The position numbers were made by a program, and so were the translations under genes. DNA of 64,000 nt from the human T2T-CHM13v2.0 reference genome, Homo sapiens, in NCBI RefSeq assembly GCF_009914755.1, contig NC_060928.1; one strand, given 5' to 3'. This document shows positions 11,933 through 26,000 of this stretch, in pieces (positions within the stretch are counted from its first letter, which is position 1; the number at the start of each line of letters is the position of its first letter). The notes below the pieces were generated by a model, which saw only the letters and a list, made by a program, of their open reading frames with translations, was not told where the DNA came from and ran no database searches.

Positions 11933-12509
11933 TGTGATGTTTAATATTAAGTGTCAACTTGATTGGACTGAGGGATGCCTAGATGGTTAGTAATGTGTTG
12001 TTTCTGGGTGTGTTTGTGAGGCCATTGCCAGAGAATATTGACATTTGAGGTGGTGGACTGGGAGAAGAAGACCCACCCTCAATGTGGGTGGGCACTATCC
12101 AATGGGTCGCCAGCCAGCTAGAACAGAGCAGGTGGAAGAAGATGGGGTAGCATTGCTTGCTGAGTCTCCTGGCTTCCTTCCTTTTCCCATGCTGGATGCT
12201 TGCTTCCGCTTCTCCTGCCCTTGGACGTTAGACTCCAGGTTCTTCAGCCTTTGGACTCTGGGACTTGCACCAGTGACTTCCCCAGGCTCTTGGGCCTTCA
12301 GCAGCAGACTAAAGGTTATGCTGTTGGCTTCCCTGATTTTGAGGCATTTGGACTTGGAGTGAGCCATTCTTTTCTTTCCCCAGCTTGCAGACAGTCTAAC
12401 ATGGGATTTCGCCTTGTAATTGCATGAGGCAATTCTCCCTAATAAACTCCCTTTTATATATACATATATCCCATTGATTCTGTCCCTGTGGAGAACCATG
12501 ACTAGTGCA
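11933..12509 (+). mobile_element. MLT2A (HERVL) solo LTR, MLT2A2-like
   Basis: Starts TGTGATGTTTAATATTAAGTGTCAACTTGATTGG, contains 'agacccaccctcaatgtgggtgggcac' and 'ccctaataaactcccc', ends 'ctgtccctgtggagaaccatgactagtgca'. Confidence 0.9.
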
Positions 12510-13907
12510 ATCAGTATTTGACAATGATGCCAAGCATTTAGTAAAGAAGACATTCTCTTTAATAATTATGCAGGAAAATCTAAATACCCGTATGAAAAGG
12601 AAATGCATTTCAATCCTACTTCATAATACAAACAAATATTAATGTGAAATAAAACATAGTGCTAATTATAAAAGCTAAATCGACAAAACTTCTTGAAGAA
12701 ACTATAAAACGTCTTTGGTTTCTTGGGTTAATCATAAACTTCTTAGAGCACAATAAGCAAAAAACATAAAAGAGAGACATCGATGAATTGGAGTTCATCA
12801 GAACTTCTTCTCTGCAAAAGACACTGTCTTAGACAATGAAAAGATGAGCGTCAAACTGAGGGGGAGGAAGTATTTACAAAATACATAGCAATAGTATTAA
12901 CAAAAAAAAATAATAAAAATGGGTAAAAAAAAATAATAAAAATGAACAGTCTTCACCAAAACAGATATACAGATGACCAATTCCCACATCAAAGAGTGCT
13001 CATTATCATTAGTCATCAGACTAATGCAAATAGAAATCACCATGAGACACCACTTCATACCCACTAGAGCAATTAAAAATCTCATATATTGTTGATAAGA
13101 ATGCAAAATGATAAACCATTTTAAAAAACACATTTTTACAATTACCTATAAAGCTAAACATACACTTAAAATACGACCCAGCAATTTTGTTCTTAGATAT
13201 TTACCTAAGAAAAATGAGAACAAATGTCCACACAAAGATTGCTATATGAATGTTCAGAGCAGTTTAATTCCTAATGGTCAAAATTCAAAACAACCCAAAT
13301 GTTCATCACCGATGAAGGGATAAACTAAGTGTTTGTTTCATGCAATGGAATGCTATTCAGCAGTTTAAAGGAACAAACTGCTGATACATGTAACAACATG
13401 GATGCTTTGCAAAATGCTAAATGATGAAAGACAAACAAAAATTGGTACTATCATATTGGGGTTATATGACCTTCTAGAAAAAGCAAAGCTAAAGGAACAG
13501 AAAGCATATCAATAGTTGCCATTGACTAAGGGTAGGCAGAAAAGATTGACTGCATAGGTGCATTAGATAACTTTTTTAGAAGACAGAATTTTCTATACCT
13601 TGATTGTGGCAGTTATGTGATTGTATACATTCAATAGTCATCATCAAAGTGTACACTTAAAAGGATAAATCTTATATGTGCATTATACCTCAATGCTTCA
13701 TATGAAAAATAAAAGAACAAAAAGCTTGCTGGGAAGCCACTGTGAAACTCATAGGAGTACTTGCATTGGGTCATATTTGCATCCAAAAATAATGGCTTCT
13801 ATTATTCATTTTGTCTCAAAGACTTAGGCATAAGAAGATACTGTTTTACTTTGGACTCTGATAAATACAGGAATAAAGGTTGAAAACATAAAGTTAACTT
13901 CTAGTCT

Positions 13908-14290
13908 AGGCATCATCAATTTAAATACCTCCACCGGCCAGGACAATAACCCAAATGGGTGAACTAAGCTAAGAAAAGGAAGAGTCCAGGTGTGATGGTA
14001 CATGGCAATTGACTTAACCCCAGTGACAATGAAGAGTTGTTAAAACCTTGACAATGTGGAAAGTGTATATGCTCAGGGCATGTGATCAGCTCCTGTGGAT
14101 TGCTGGTGTGCAGGATGCAGGCCCAGTTGTATTATTTTTCCAATTTTTTGAGAATTAATAAGTTTAGATTTTGGATGTTAAGGCTCTTAAGCTAACCATG
14201 AATTAAAGTTTTCTGCAAGTCAGTATGTGGAATCCAAACCAAATGTGTTTGCATAACAGATTGAGCGATGTGCCATCAGTCTGGCACATA
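13908..14290 (+). mobile_element. hAT-Charlie MITE, MER102-like
   Basis: 'aatttaaatacctccaccggccaggacaataac' start and 'ccaaaccaaatgtgtttgc...gtgccatcagtctggcac' end resemble MER102 termini. Confidence 0.5.
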
Positions 14291-17199
14291 AGCAGCATCA
14301 GTCTGCACCAATGGAATTAAAAATAGGGAATACACATCCAAACACCAAAGAAGAAAAAGTACAGAGAAAATATATTAATATAAATATATAGAATTTAAAA
14401 AATGGTGACAGCTAACCTCCCCAAAACAGAAAGCGTATAACAACATAAAAATGGTAAGACTAAATAGTTATAAAAATTAGTATTAACTTGTCAGATAGCT
14501 TTATTAATCTCAAAGATGTTAAGTTGGCTCAAAATAAACATGAAAATAAAGACCTTATACCAGGAAGTTCATTTTAAACAAACCCTAGAAGTAATTACAA
14601 GAATGAGTAAAAAATAAAAAAGAAGTTTGTCAAAGAAAAAAACCAAAATCCTTGGTGTTATATCAATATAAGAAAAAAATAAAATATAATATTAATATCA
14701 GAAAAGTTAATATATGGAAAATGACTTATTTTACATACACAGAGTTTAAAATAATAATATGATTGCTAACCCCAAATAAAAATATTTCAATGTTTAAAAA
14801 AGAATAAAAAAGAAATTTAAGCTTTTAAAAAATATAGTGAGATGGGAAACACTTTTAAAAATCATATTGTCAAACCCTAAATTTATAAAGAAGAAAGAAA
14901 ATGAGAGTAAATTTAACTACATAAAGATTAAAGGCAAAAACTTTTGTAAACAATTAAAACTGAAAGTGTATTTACAAAGTGACACAGAGTTGTTAACATC
15001 TTTAAAATACAAGCAACTGCTCCCAAATCTAATAGGAAATGGGCAAATGTACCAATAAAATAGATTTAAAATATTGGCAGGAATTTAATATTTCTTAAAA
15101 GAAGAGGGTTTAGTAAATAAATGTGCATCCAATTGATAGATTATTATTCACATTGAAAATTATGGTTGAAAGAATGATGAAAAACATTGGAATATTAATT
15201 ATAATAAAAAACTTTTTTAAACTAATATTATAAAACTTTTACTGTCATCAATCACTGTTTTAGGGGCTGTCCCAGTTGAACATCTTGATATAATACATTA
15301 CAGATCTTCCACATCATCATCTTCCACTGTTAAAATTCTACAAACTATGGAACAAGTACAATAGAATTGGATTATGATTTCTAAACATAGCACTGCTAAC
15401 ACATCAATTTGATGTTAAGGATACTTAATATCCCACACTAGTGTATGTAAAAATCCATGTTTGTTTTCTACTCCTAAAATGACATAAAAACACATCTAGA
15501 TCATGTCAACTAACTACATTATTTATAAAAGGATTTTCCAATTCTCTGTAACAATATATGACTTAAATTTATCTGTGAATTTAAATTTTTAAACAAATAA
15601 CCCTTGTTTTGATCATTATGCTACTTAATTTTTATTTCTTCAGAAGAAGGCTAAAATATACCAAAAAGATATTATCTTTATCTTGAGGAGGAAGAAGCAA
15701 GAAGAAGTTCAGAAATAAAATCAACGTCCAAGTACATATTCTGAATCAGCAGAAGATATGAATCAAGAACCCAGAACTAACTCTGTTGGACTTAGACACA
15801 GCCATAGGAAGACTGAACAAGGAGACAAACATTAATGACAATCATATGCTACTTCACTAATAGAGTAATTTTGCCCTATGTGTAAACTTATTCTAGTAGC
15901 TGCCCTTTCTATTCATTAGCTCCATCTGGACATCAGTAGTGGATACAATTACTCCCCAGCTAAGATGCTTGAGACTTAAGACAGTACAGAGATGAATATT
16001 GATGCAAAGCTAAAAGCTCTTATAAAAATTATCACGGCCATTGTTCAACTTTTCCCCTGAATATTGATGAAACAAAACTGAAGGCTACCCTCTTACCTAA
16101 ACTTGATTCTATGCCAGACAATAATAAATTGATTTCCTTTCTGGGAAAAGAATGCATGGTAACACAGTAAATGATCATTTTCCATTTGAAAGAAGTAGAA
16201 ATGTTATTTGGTCTGTCACGTGGCGTCTTCCCACCGGTTTCATAAGTCCTAATTCTGCCCAATATCTATGACCTGACCAAAGCCTCCTTAGGTGTATGTT
16301 ATGATTACATCCTTACTACGACTGGATAGCTAATGCCACAATAGTCACTATTAATCACTCAGTAAGTACTTCTGAGTACCAGTAATGCCAGAGACAGACC
16401 ACCAGCAGAACTAGATTGCAGACTTTAAGTCCTGTCTCATCAGTACATTAGTTCAGCAGCAAAAAAATGGTTTATCAAAGGAAATATTAATCATCTGAAT
16501 TATCTGAACAAATTCCTATGAGTTAATAATTATCTGAATTATTTTAGAATGTTATTAATGTTAGTACTTGTATTTTATTATTATAAGTTCTCTAGATTAT
16601 AAAGAATGAAGTTCCAGCAAAAGGAAATATCAAAAGAGGTGGGTATGGGAGTGATGTGGCAGCTGTAAACATTGAGAAATAAACCATCAGCAACGTGGTG
16701 TCTTATGCATGGGAAAAACCTAAATATAGGAAAAGTCATAAAGACAATCATGCCTACTTCACATTTCTCACTAATTTTTCTTCTATAGCAAATCATTCAC
16801 ACTCATTATCTGTTTTAAATTCAAGTGCTTAAAGTACAATTTTCTGAGAGCTGCTTATATAGAACTACTTTGTGTTCTCTTTCATTTTTAAGGGGACTCT
16901 AAATTGAAAGTAAAATGTCTTTATCATTGGTTTCAAATAAAATTACAAATTTGCATGTGAGAACAGAATGCACTTTGTCCCCTCCTTTTTTGTTTACTTA
17001 ATTAGTGACCTGAAAACAAAATAAAAATTGTGATACATTCATAGAACAAGGTGATATATTGAGTTTGGAATCCTTGCTACAATCCAAAGTGAAGAATTGC
17101 AGAAAATAATATTGGCAGATTTTGCAAATAGACATCTAATGAAGGACAACATTAAGTTAATCTACTCATTAAGTAATTCAATTGAAATGCAGAAAAACA

Positions 17200-17480
17200 A
17201 CCAGAGGAAGAGAATAGAAATGACAGGGCTGCCATTTTATATATAGTGGTCATGGGAGGATGGTAAAAAGCTGAACAGAATGAGGGTCCAAGCCTTCCAA
17301 TTACCTAAAGAACATTCTAGGCCAGGAAATAGTAAGTCCACTGGCCCTAGTTGGGAATGTACTTGAGATGTTTGATGAACACGCTTGAAGTGAGGTGAGT
17401 GAGGGGGAGAGTATAAAAATGTTGTCAGAAAAGTACCAAAACGGCAAATCCCCTAATCCTTGAAAGCCATAATGTACGAC
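17200..17480 (-). mobile_element. L2 fragment
   Basis: 'gctgccattttatatatagtggtcatggga', 'aagaacattctaggccaggaaatagtaagtcc' and 'ggccctagttgggaatgtacttg'. Confidence 0.6.
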
Positions 17481-20456
17481 ATAGGGTAATAACTAAGGCT
17501 ATATATTTCAGAAGAAAGCCACACAAAGTAAATTTCTGTGAGGATCTCCAGCTGCTACTGTGATCAAAAGTCCTCACACTTTAAAAGTTGACCTTTTAAC
17601 ATTTGTGATAAGCTATAGCAAGGAAGACAGAGAAGTAGAAGGGAAAATTCAGGAGAGGAAACATGCTTGGATTCGTGGTAGAACACACTTTCCTCACTGC
17701 TCTCGTTGTTAGGAAAGGTATTTCCAACAAGGGAAGGTATTTCTTATAAGATGTATTTGCTTTACACTCTAGAATCTGGTCTTACTGACGTCAGGCCTTC
17801 CAGGGCTTTTCAACTAAGCCAACAACCTGGTTCTCTCCCTCAACAGAATTATGTAATCCAGTCAGCATAGGTTGAAACCATTAGCTCTGTGTTCCTATTT
17901 AATATCCATTTCTATACATCATAGAGAACCATATCATAATGGTGGTAGCAGGAATTACAATGCTGGTTCAAGCTGAAAGTGCACTAAAATATCCTACTTA
18001 CATGATAAATTAATATGATGATTTAGAATCTAGTCTTTGAATAAGAGAGAAGAAAATGTGGTTCCTTACAATACCTCTCAAGCTCTGATCTTTTCTTCTG
18101 TAGGGGTGACATCTCTTCAATCCAATTTGAATCACCAAGTCTCTTTCCTCATTTATATGCTCTAGAGTGCTTCAGTAACAACACTAAATGAACATGAACT
18201 ACAACAACACATTTTGCCAGTGATTGCAGAACCTCATTGAAAAATTGCATAAAATATAGGCTTTTGCTTATGGAAAATAAAACTCGTTCCATACATCGTG
18301 CACTCTGTGTATTAAATTTGAAAGAGAAGCCTAAGGCCACTAATTTTCCTATCTGATTCAGAAAGCAAGCACATCAGTTAAAAACAACTTTCATCTGCTA
18401 ACAACGAGTGTTTGCCAATTACCCAGTATAAATATCAAACCTCTTTAATAATGTGATTTTTTTTTTTTTGGAGAATGCTCTCTCCAAACTAAGTCCCTAG
18501 TGCACAAGTGATAGTAAGAGCTAATGAAAACAGCTACTGTACTGTAGGCATACTAAATCAGGATGTATTAATGTCAGGCTAAGTGAGCCCTAGTTACATT
18601 CACAAGGCAGCAATGTCAGCTTTCCACAAATATCAGGTACTCCTCCTTGCCACATATTTATCCTGAGAATGTTGCTCTCCCACAGACTGTGGTTGCTTAG
18701 GTTATGCATGTTTGTACTGTATGACCCTGCCCCACTGCTGGTCATATCTTACTGGACCAAGTTATAACCTAACCAAAGAGAGATAACTTATTGGCTTGTC
18801 AGAAGCCAGTGGGAATCTGTTTAGATCTTTAAAGTGAGACACAAACAGAGTTGGGAGATGAGCCCAGCATTAGAATGAAAATCCAAGAGCATCCTTGGAC
18901 TAATGAAATATTCCTGCAGCCTTATATTTCAATATTTCCTTATATTCCATAAGCTACTATAAGAGTGTTGCTTTTATTTAATTTGTATTTAAGTTATTCT
19001 GAAATGCATTTCTGTGATTCAAAGCAACAAAGTTTTGATAGAGAATGCCACCACAAAAAAAAAACACAGAAATCATGTTCTAACTAACAACATCACTCAT
19101 TGAGTAACTGACAAATTGCTGGATGCTCAGGGCTGACAAATGTGAGAAATTTTCAAGATTTTTTCAAAACTTTCAGTAAACTAGGAATATAGAGAACTTC
19201 TCCAATTTGATAAAGAGCATCTACAAAAAATCCTACAGCTAACACCATACTTAATAGTGAGAAACATGAAGTGTTTCCACTAAGATGAGGAACATAGCAA
19301 AAATATTCCCTTTCATCACTGTTTTTCAACATTGTACTAGAAGTCCTAGCCAATGCAATAAGACAGGAAAGGAAAGAAAAGGTAAACAGATCAGGAAAAA
19401 AAGAAATAAAACTTTCTTGAAATATTCAACAAAAATCTCCTGGAACTGATAAGTGATTGTAGCAAGGTTGCAGCATACAAAGTTAACATACAAAAGTAAA
19501 TCACTTTCTTATATACCAGCAATGAACAAGTGGACTTTGAAGTTAAAAATACAATACTGATATACTGACTTCCACTTCCAAAATGGCACTGTAGAAACAA
19601 GCTGGCTTCACTCCCCCTCACAGAAAACAAACAAATATACAGCACTGAGATTATCACCGGCAATACCTCCACAACTCAAATGTGATGAGTCAGTTCCCAG
19701 GGCCACAGAGAAGAAAAAAGAAAAAAAAAAATCTCTAAGCAGATGATAAGAGAATTGGATTTTCATATTTGTGATGCCCCTCTCTCCAATCCCCCTGGCA
19801 CCAAGCATGCAGAAAATTTCCTCCAACTCAGCTTCTACACTGCAAAAAGTGAGATCAAGGTGGACAACCAGTTTTCCCACCATCTTGGGTTCTTTGGCAG
19901 AAGGTCTGTGAATGCTTATACCCACAGGAAATATTATGAGTGCCTAAAGGAAAACATAACCCTGAGGACAGCCAGAAACAAAGAGCGAAGGTGGGACTAT
20001 CATCCCCAGCCCTGGAAACTCTGATCTGTAACTCAACCAAAGGAGACACCAAATCAGAGTGGCTGTTGAGAAGCACCACATCTTAGGAGGTACATTCCAC
20101 AGATCACCTGGGCATTAACCCCTAGTCAGTCATTCCACACTGCCAGGATATCCTCTTTGGGACCTCCCCCATTCTGGATAGTCAGCACTCTGTTTGCTAC
20201 AGGTGAGGCAAATCTGGATGTTAGGCTCAATGCAGTGCTGAAAAGCAGACAGTGACCTAGTGGAAAAAAATATAAGAAGTTCAACAGGAAATTATGCAGA
20301 CTCTCTAAACAAACATAACCAATACAAAACAAAACAAGCCAGACAGAGAAGAATGGAATAAATAATCTTTCAGTGCTGAGACGTAGATGTACAACCACAA
20401 GAAACAACAACAAACAGGGAGCCATGACCTCCTCAAACAGACAAAACAAATAACCA

Positions 20457-20750
20457 GTGACTAACCCTAATAATACAGTGATAAGTGGGCTCTCTGACCA
20501 AGAATTCAAAAGAGCACTTAAAAGGAAACTCAGTAATCTCCAGGATAACACAGAAAAGCAATTCAGAAATTTATCAGAGAAATTTAACAAAGAGATTGAA
20601 ACAAATTTAAAAACTAAAACAGAAACCTTGAAATTGAGAAATACATTCAGTGAACTGAAAAATCTACTGGAGGTTCTCAACAGCAGAATGAATCAAGCAG
20701 AGGACAGAATTGGTGAGGTCAAAGACAGGTTATTTAAAATTACACAGTGA
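20457..20750 (+). pseudogene. L1 ORF1p coiled-coil remnant
   Basis: LSDQEFKRALKRKLSNLQDNTEKQFRNL...LNSRMNQAEDRIGEVKDRLFKITQ. The ORF stops at an Alu insertion. Confidence 0.85.
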
Positions 20751-21064
<314 letters not shown>

Positions 21065-21395
21065 TTACACAATGAGAGGGAGAAGAAAAGAAAAAACTAG
21101 GAAAAGGAATGAAGATTGCCTATAAGATACAGACAACTATAAAGATCAAATTTAAGAATTACTGGTGTTCAAGAGGGAGTTGAGTAAGGGAGATAAAGCA
21201 TATACAAAGAAATAATAACAAGATTTTAATAACAAAATTCAAGAAAGGTACACATATCCACATATAGGAAGGTCAGAGAGAACCAATCAAATTCAACCCA
21301 AATTGGCCTAATGCAAGGCTTATAATAGTCAAACTCTCAAAGTCAAGGACAAAGAGAAGACCTTAAAAACAGCAAGAAGAAAGAAGCGAGTAACA

Positions 21396-21828
21396 GTATG
21401 TTTATTGCAGCACTGTTCACAATAGCAAAGACTTGGAACCAACCCAAATGCCCATCAATGATAGACTGGATAAAGAAAATGTGGCACATATACACCATGG
21501 AATACTATGCAGCCATACAAAAGGATGATTCATGTCTTTTGCAGGGACATGGATGAATCTGGAAACCAAACACCACATGTTCTCACTCATAAGTGGGAGT
21601 TGAACATTGAGAACACATCGACACAGGGAGGGGAACATCACACACTGGGGCCTGTCAGAGGGTGGGAGGCTATGGGAAGGATAGCCTTAGGAGAAATACC
21701 TACTGTAGATGACAGGTTGATGGGTGCAGCAAACCACCATGGCATGTGTATACCTATGTAACAAATCTGCATGTTCTGCACATGTATCTCAGAACTTAAA
21801 GTAAAATAATAATAACAATAATAATAAC
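21396..21828 (+). mobile_element. 5'-truncated L1PA (approx. L1PA7-8) 3' end nested in L1MA ORF1
   Basis: 'gtatgtttattgcagcactgttcacaatagc' through 'agaacttaaagtaaaataataataac', short TSD TAACA. The host resumes at 'ataatggagccccagttcatctggc'. Confidence 0.9.
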
Positions 21829-22105
21829 AATAATGGAGCCCCAGTTCATCTGGCAACAGACTTCTTAATGGAAACCATACAGGCCAAAAGGGAAAGTGAA
21901 TTTTCAAAATGCTAAATGAAAAAAACACTGTTATCCAAGAATACTTTATCCTGCAAAGCTATCCTTCAAATATGAAGAAGAGATAAAGTCTTTCTCAGAC
22001 AAACAAAAGATAAGACAATTCACCACCACCAGACCCATCTTACAAGAAATGCTAAAGGGAGTTCTTCAAAGTGACAAGAGAAAACACTAATGTCCAAAAA
22101 GGAAA

Positions 22106-22580
22106 TTTTTTTCCAATTTTACAGTTTATTATATGTCAATTATATTTCTTTTTTATCTTTTAGGTTCAGTGGGATATGTGCAGGTTTGTTATGTAGGTAA
22201 ACTTGTGTTATGGGGTTTTTGTACAGATTATTTCATCACCCAGGTGTTAAGCCTACTACCCATTAGTTGGTTTTCTTGATCCTCTCCCTCATCCCATCCT
22301 CCACCCTCCAATAGAACCCAATATCTATTGTTCCCCTCTATGTGTCCACATATTCTTATCATTGAGCCTCCACTTATAAGTAAGAATGCTCAGTATTTGG
22401 TTTCCCATTTCTGCATTAGTTTGCTAGGGATAATGGCCTCCCCCTCCATCCATGTTCCTGCAAAGGACATGACCTCATTCTTTTTTATGGCTGCATAATA
22501 TTCCATGGTGTATATGTATCACATTTTCTTTATCCAGTCTACCATTGATGGGCATTTAGGTTGATTCTACATCCTTGCTA
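22106..22580 (-). mobile_element. 5'-truncated L1PA (approx. L1PA13) 3' end, antisense, nested in the L1MA inter-ORF region
   Basis: 'ttttaggttcagtgggatatgtgcaggtttgttatgtaggtaaacttgtg...acagattatttcatcacccagg'. Confidence 0.88.
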
Positions 22581-23074
22581 AGAAACATTTAAAGGTATAA
22601 AATCAACTTGTACAATTAGGTACAAAGATAAACCAAGAATACACCAATAGTGTAATTGTGGTGTATAATCTACTTATAACTCTAGTATGAAACCTAATGA
22701 CAAGTCTATCAAAAATAATAGCTACAGCAACTTGTTAAGAGATAGGCAGTATAAAAATATGCAAACTGAGATAACCAATAGTCAAAATCTGAGGGGATGA
22801 AGTTAAAATGTAGAGGGTTTTTTAGTTAGTTCTTTGTTTTTATTCCTTTTTTGGTGATCTAAGATAAGTTTCCATCTCTTTAAAATAATTTTTATAACTT
22901 TAAGATATTTTTCTTAAGCCTCATGGTAACCACAATACAAAAACCTGTAACAGATACACTGAAAATGACAAAACAATGTTAAAACATACTACTAGAGGAA
23001 ATTATTTAGCCATAAAGGATGACAGTAAGAAAGGAAGAAAAATGAGAGGGTTTATAAAACAAGAGAACAAGCAA

Positions 23075-26000
23075 AAAATTGTAGAAATAAGTGCTTACAT
23101 ATCAATAATAACACTGAATGTATATGGACTCAATTCTCCAACTAAAATACATAAAGTGACTGAATGGATGAAAAAACAAGATCCAACTCTATGCCATCTA
23201 CAAGAAACTAACCTCACCTCTAAAGATACACACAGGCTGAAAGTGAAAGGGTGGAAAAAAGATATCCCATGCAAGTGAAAAGCAAAAAAGGAAAGAGTAG
23301 CTATATTTATATCACATAAAATAGACTACAAGTCAAAAGCTATGAAAAGAGATGACGAAGTTCACTATATAATGACAAAGGGATCAACAAAGCAGGAGAA
23401 TATAAAAATTACAAATATCTATATACCCAACACCAGAGCTCCCGTGTAGATAAAGCAAACATTAATAGATATAAAGAGGGAGACAGACTGCAATATAATA
23501 ATAGTAGGTGACTTTAACATCCCACTGTCAGTAATGGACAAATCATTTAGACAGAAAATAAACAAAGAATCATTGAAATTAAACTACACACATGGCCAAA
23601 TAGCTTTAACTGACATTTATGAAACATTTCACCCAACTGCAGCAGATTATATATGTTTTTTTTCATTAGCACATGGAACATTCTCCAGAATAGACCATAC
23701 ATTAGGCCACAAAACAAGTCTCAATAAATTTAAAAAGTAGAAATCATATCAAGTATATTTTCTGCTCACAATGAAATAAAACTGGAAATCAATAATAAGA
23801 GAAGGCTTGGAAAATACACAAACACATGGAAATTAAACAATGTGCTCTTGAACTACCAATGGGTCAATAAAGAAACTAAGAAGGAAATTTAAAAATTTAT
23901 CAAAAAAACGAAAATGGAAATACAAAATATCAAAATCTATGGAACACAGCAAAAGCAATACTAAGAGTGAAGTTCATAGCAATAAATGTCTACATCAAAG
24001 TAATTTGAAACAACTCCAAATAAACAACCTAATGATGCACCTCAAGAACTATAAAAGCAAGAACAAACCAAACATTAGAAAAATGAAAGAAATATTAAAA
24101 ATGAGAGCAAAAGTAAATGAAATGGAAACTTTAAAAATGCAAAATTTCGATGAAATAAAATATTGTATTTTTGAAAAGTTATAAAAATCTACAAATCTTT
24201 AGCTAGACTAAGAAAAAAAGACAGAATACCCCCCCCAAAAAAAAACAGAAACAAAAAAGGGGCTATAACAATTGAAACCACAGAAAGAAAAAGAATCATT
24301 AGAAACTATTACAAACAACTATATGCCAACAAATTGGGAAACCTATAAAAATTGATAAACTCCTAGACACATACAACCTACTAAGATTGAACCATGAAGA
24401 AATTTTAAAACCTCAAGAAATCAATAAAAAGTAACAATATCAAAACCATAATAAAGTCTCCCATCAAACAAAAGCCCAGGACTGGATGACTTCACTGCTG
24501 AGTTCTACCAAACATTTAAAGAAGAACTAATAGCAACTCTACTCAAACTATTCCAAAAAATAGAGGAGGGAATACGTCCAAACTCATTCTACCAGGCCAG
24601 CAATTACCCAGATACAAAAAAAACAGACAAGAACACACAAAAAAAGAAAACTTCAGGCCAATATCACCGATGAACACAGGTGCAAAAATCCTCAACAAAA
24701 ACCAGCAAACAGAATTCAACAACACAATAAACAGATAATTGACCATGATCAAGTTGGATTTATCCCAGTGATGCAAAGAGGGTTCAACATACACAGATCG
24801 CTAAATGTGATACATACATCACATTGACAGAACCAAGAACAAAAAACATATGATCATTTTGAGCAATGCAGAAAAATGATTTGATTAGAGTCAACATTCT
24901 TTTCTGATCAAAACCCTAAACAAACTGGGTGTTGAAAGAACACGCTTCAAAATACTGAAGGTCATATATGACAAAACCAAAGTCAACAACAAATGGCACA
25001 GGGTAAAATTGCCAAGGATGCCCACTTTCACCATTTTATTCAACATAATACTGGAAGGCCTGGCGAGAGGAAGTCAAATTATCCTTGTTTGCAGATGATA
25101 GATCTTATATTTAGAAAAACCTAAAGAATTCACATTAAAAAAACTGTTAAAACTGTTAAGTTCAGTAAACTTGCAGGATACAAAATCAGCATACAAAAGC
25201 AGTAGCATTTATATATCCCAACCACAAACAATCTGAAAAAGAAATTTTTAAAAATCTCATTTACAATAGCTACAAAGAATATAAAATACCTAGGAATCAA
25301 CTAAATCAAAGATGTGAAAGATCTAAAAGGGAAAACTATAACATTCTCACTAAAGAAATTGAAGAGTACATTGAAATAAATAGAAAGTTATTCCATGCTC
25401 ATGGATTAAAAGAATTAATATTGTTGAAATGACAATGCTACCCAAAGCAATTAACAGATTCAATGCAATTCCTGTCAAAATATCAATGAAATGTTCCATG
25501 TAAATAGAAAAAAAAATCCTGAAGATTGTATGGCACCACCCAGAATAGCCAAAGCAATCCTGAGGAAAAAGATTAAAGCTGGAAACATCACACTTCTCAA
25601 CTTCAAAATATACTACCAAACTATAGCAATCAAATCAGCATGGTATCAGCATAAAAACAGACACATGGACCAATGTAATAGAGTACAGGACTCATATAAA
25701 CCTACACATTTACAGACTACTCATTTTTGACAAAGATACCAAGAACATTCAATAGGGGAAAGACAGTGTCTTCAATAAATTGTGCTGGAAAAACTGAATG
25801 ACCATATGCAGAAGAATAAAACAGACCCCTATCTCTCATCATATAAAAAAATTAAATCAAAATTGATTAAAGACTTAAATATAAGACCTGAAACTATGAA
25901 AGTGCTAGCAGAAAACATTGGGTGAATACTCCAGGACATTGGTATGGATAAAGACTTTTGGTGGTGGGGGGGTAAAACCTCAAAAGCACAAGCAACAAAA

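Larger units (their letters stand above)
11340..13715 (+). mobile_element. Ancient L1M (L1MD/ME-like) ORF2 3' part and 3' UTR, split by MLT2A
   Basis: L1 ORF2 motifs ('ttaatattgttaatatgtcaattctcc', 'atgcaaatagaaatcaccatgagacaccacttcatacccactag') and a 3' UTR ending 'cattatacctcaat'. Confidence 0.8.

Noticed and set aside
12045-12608. Cluster of 70-152 aa ORFs
   Set aside because: They fall almost entirely within the MLT2A LTR and are chance ORFs in GC-richer sequence.
14320-15260. Very A-rich stretch
   Set aside because: Probably highly degraded L1M fragments, too diverged to annotate reliably.
16215-16223. USF/TFE-type E-box GTCACGTGG
   Set aside because: A lone motif with no promoter-like surroundings, which is too little to call a regulatory site.
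20126-20680. Longest ORF in the track (184 aa, minus strand)
   Set aside because: It is the antisense reading of the A-rich L1 5'UTR/ORF1. The L/F/S-rich composition is an artefact of that.
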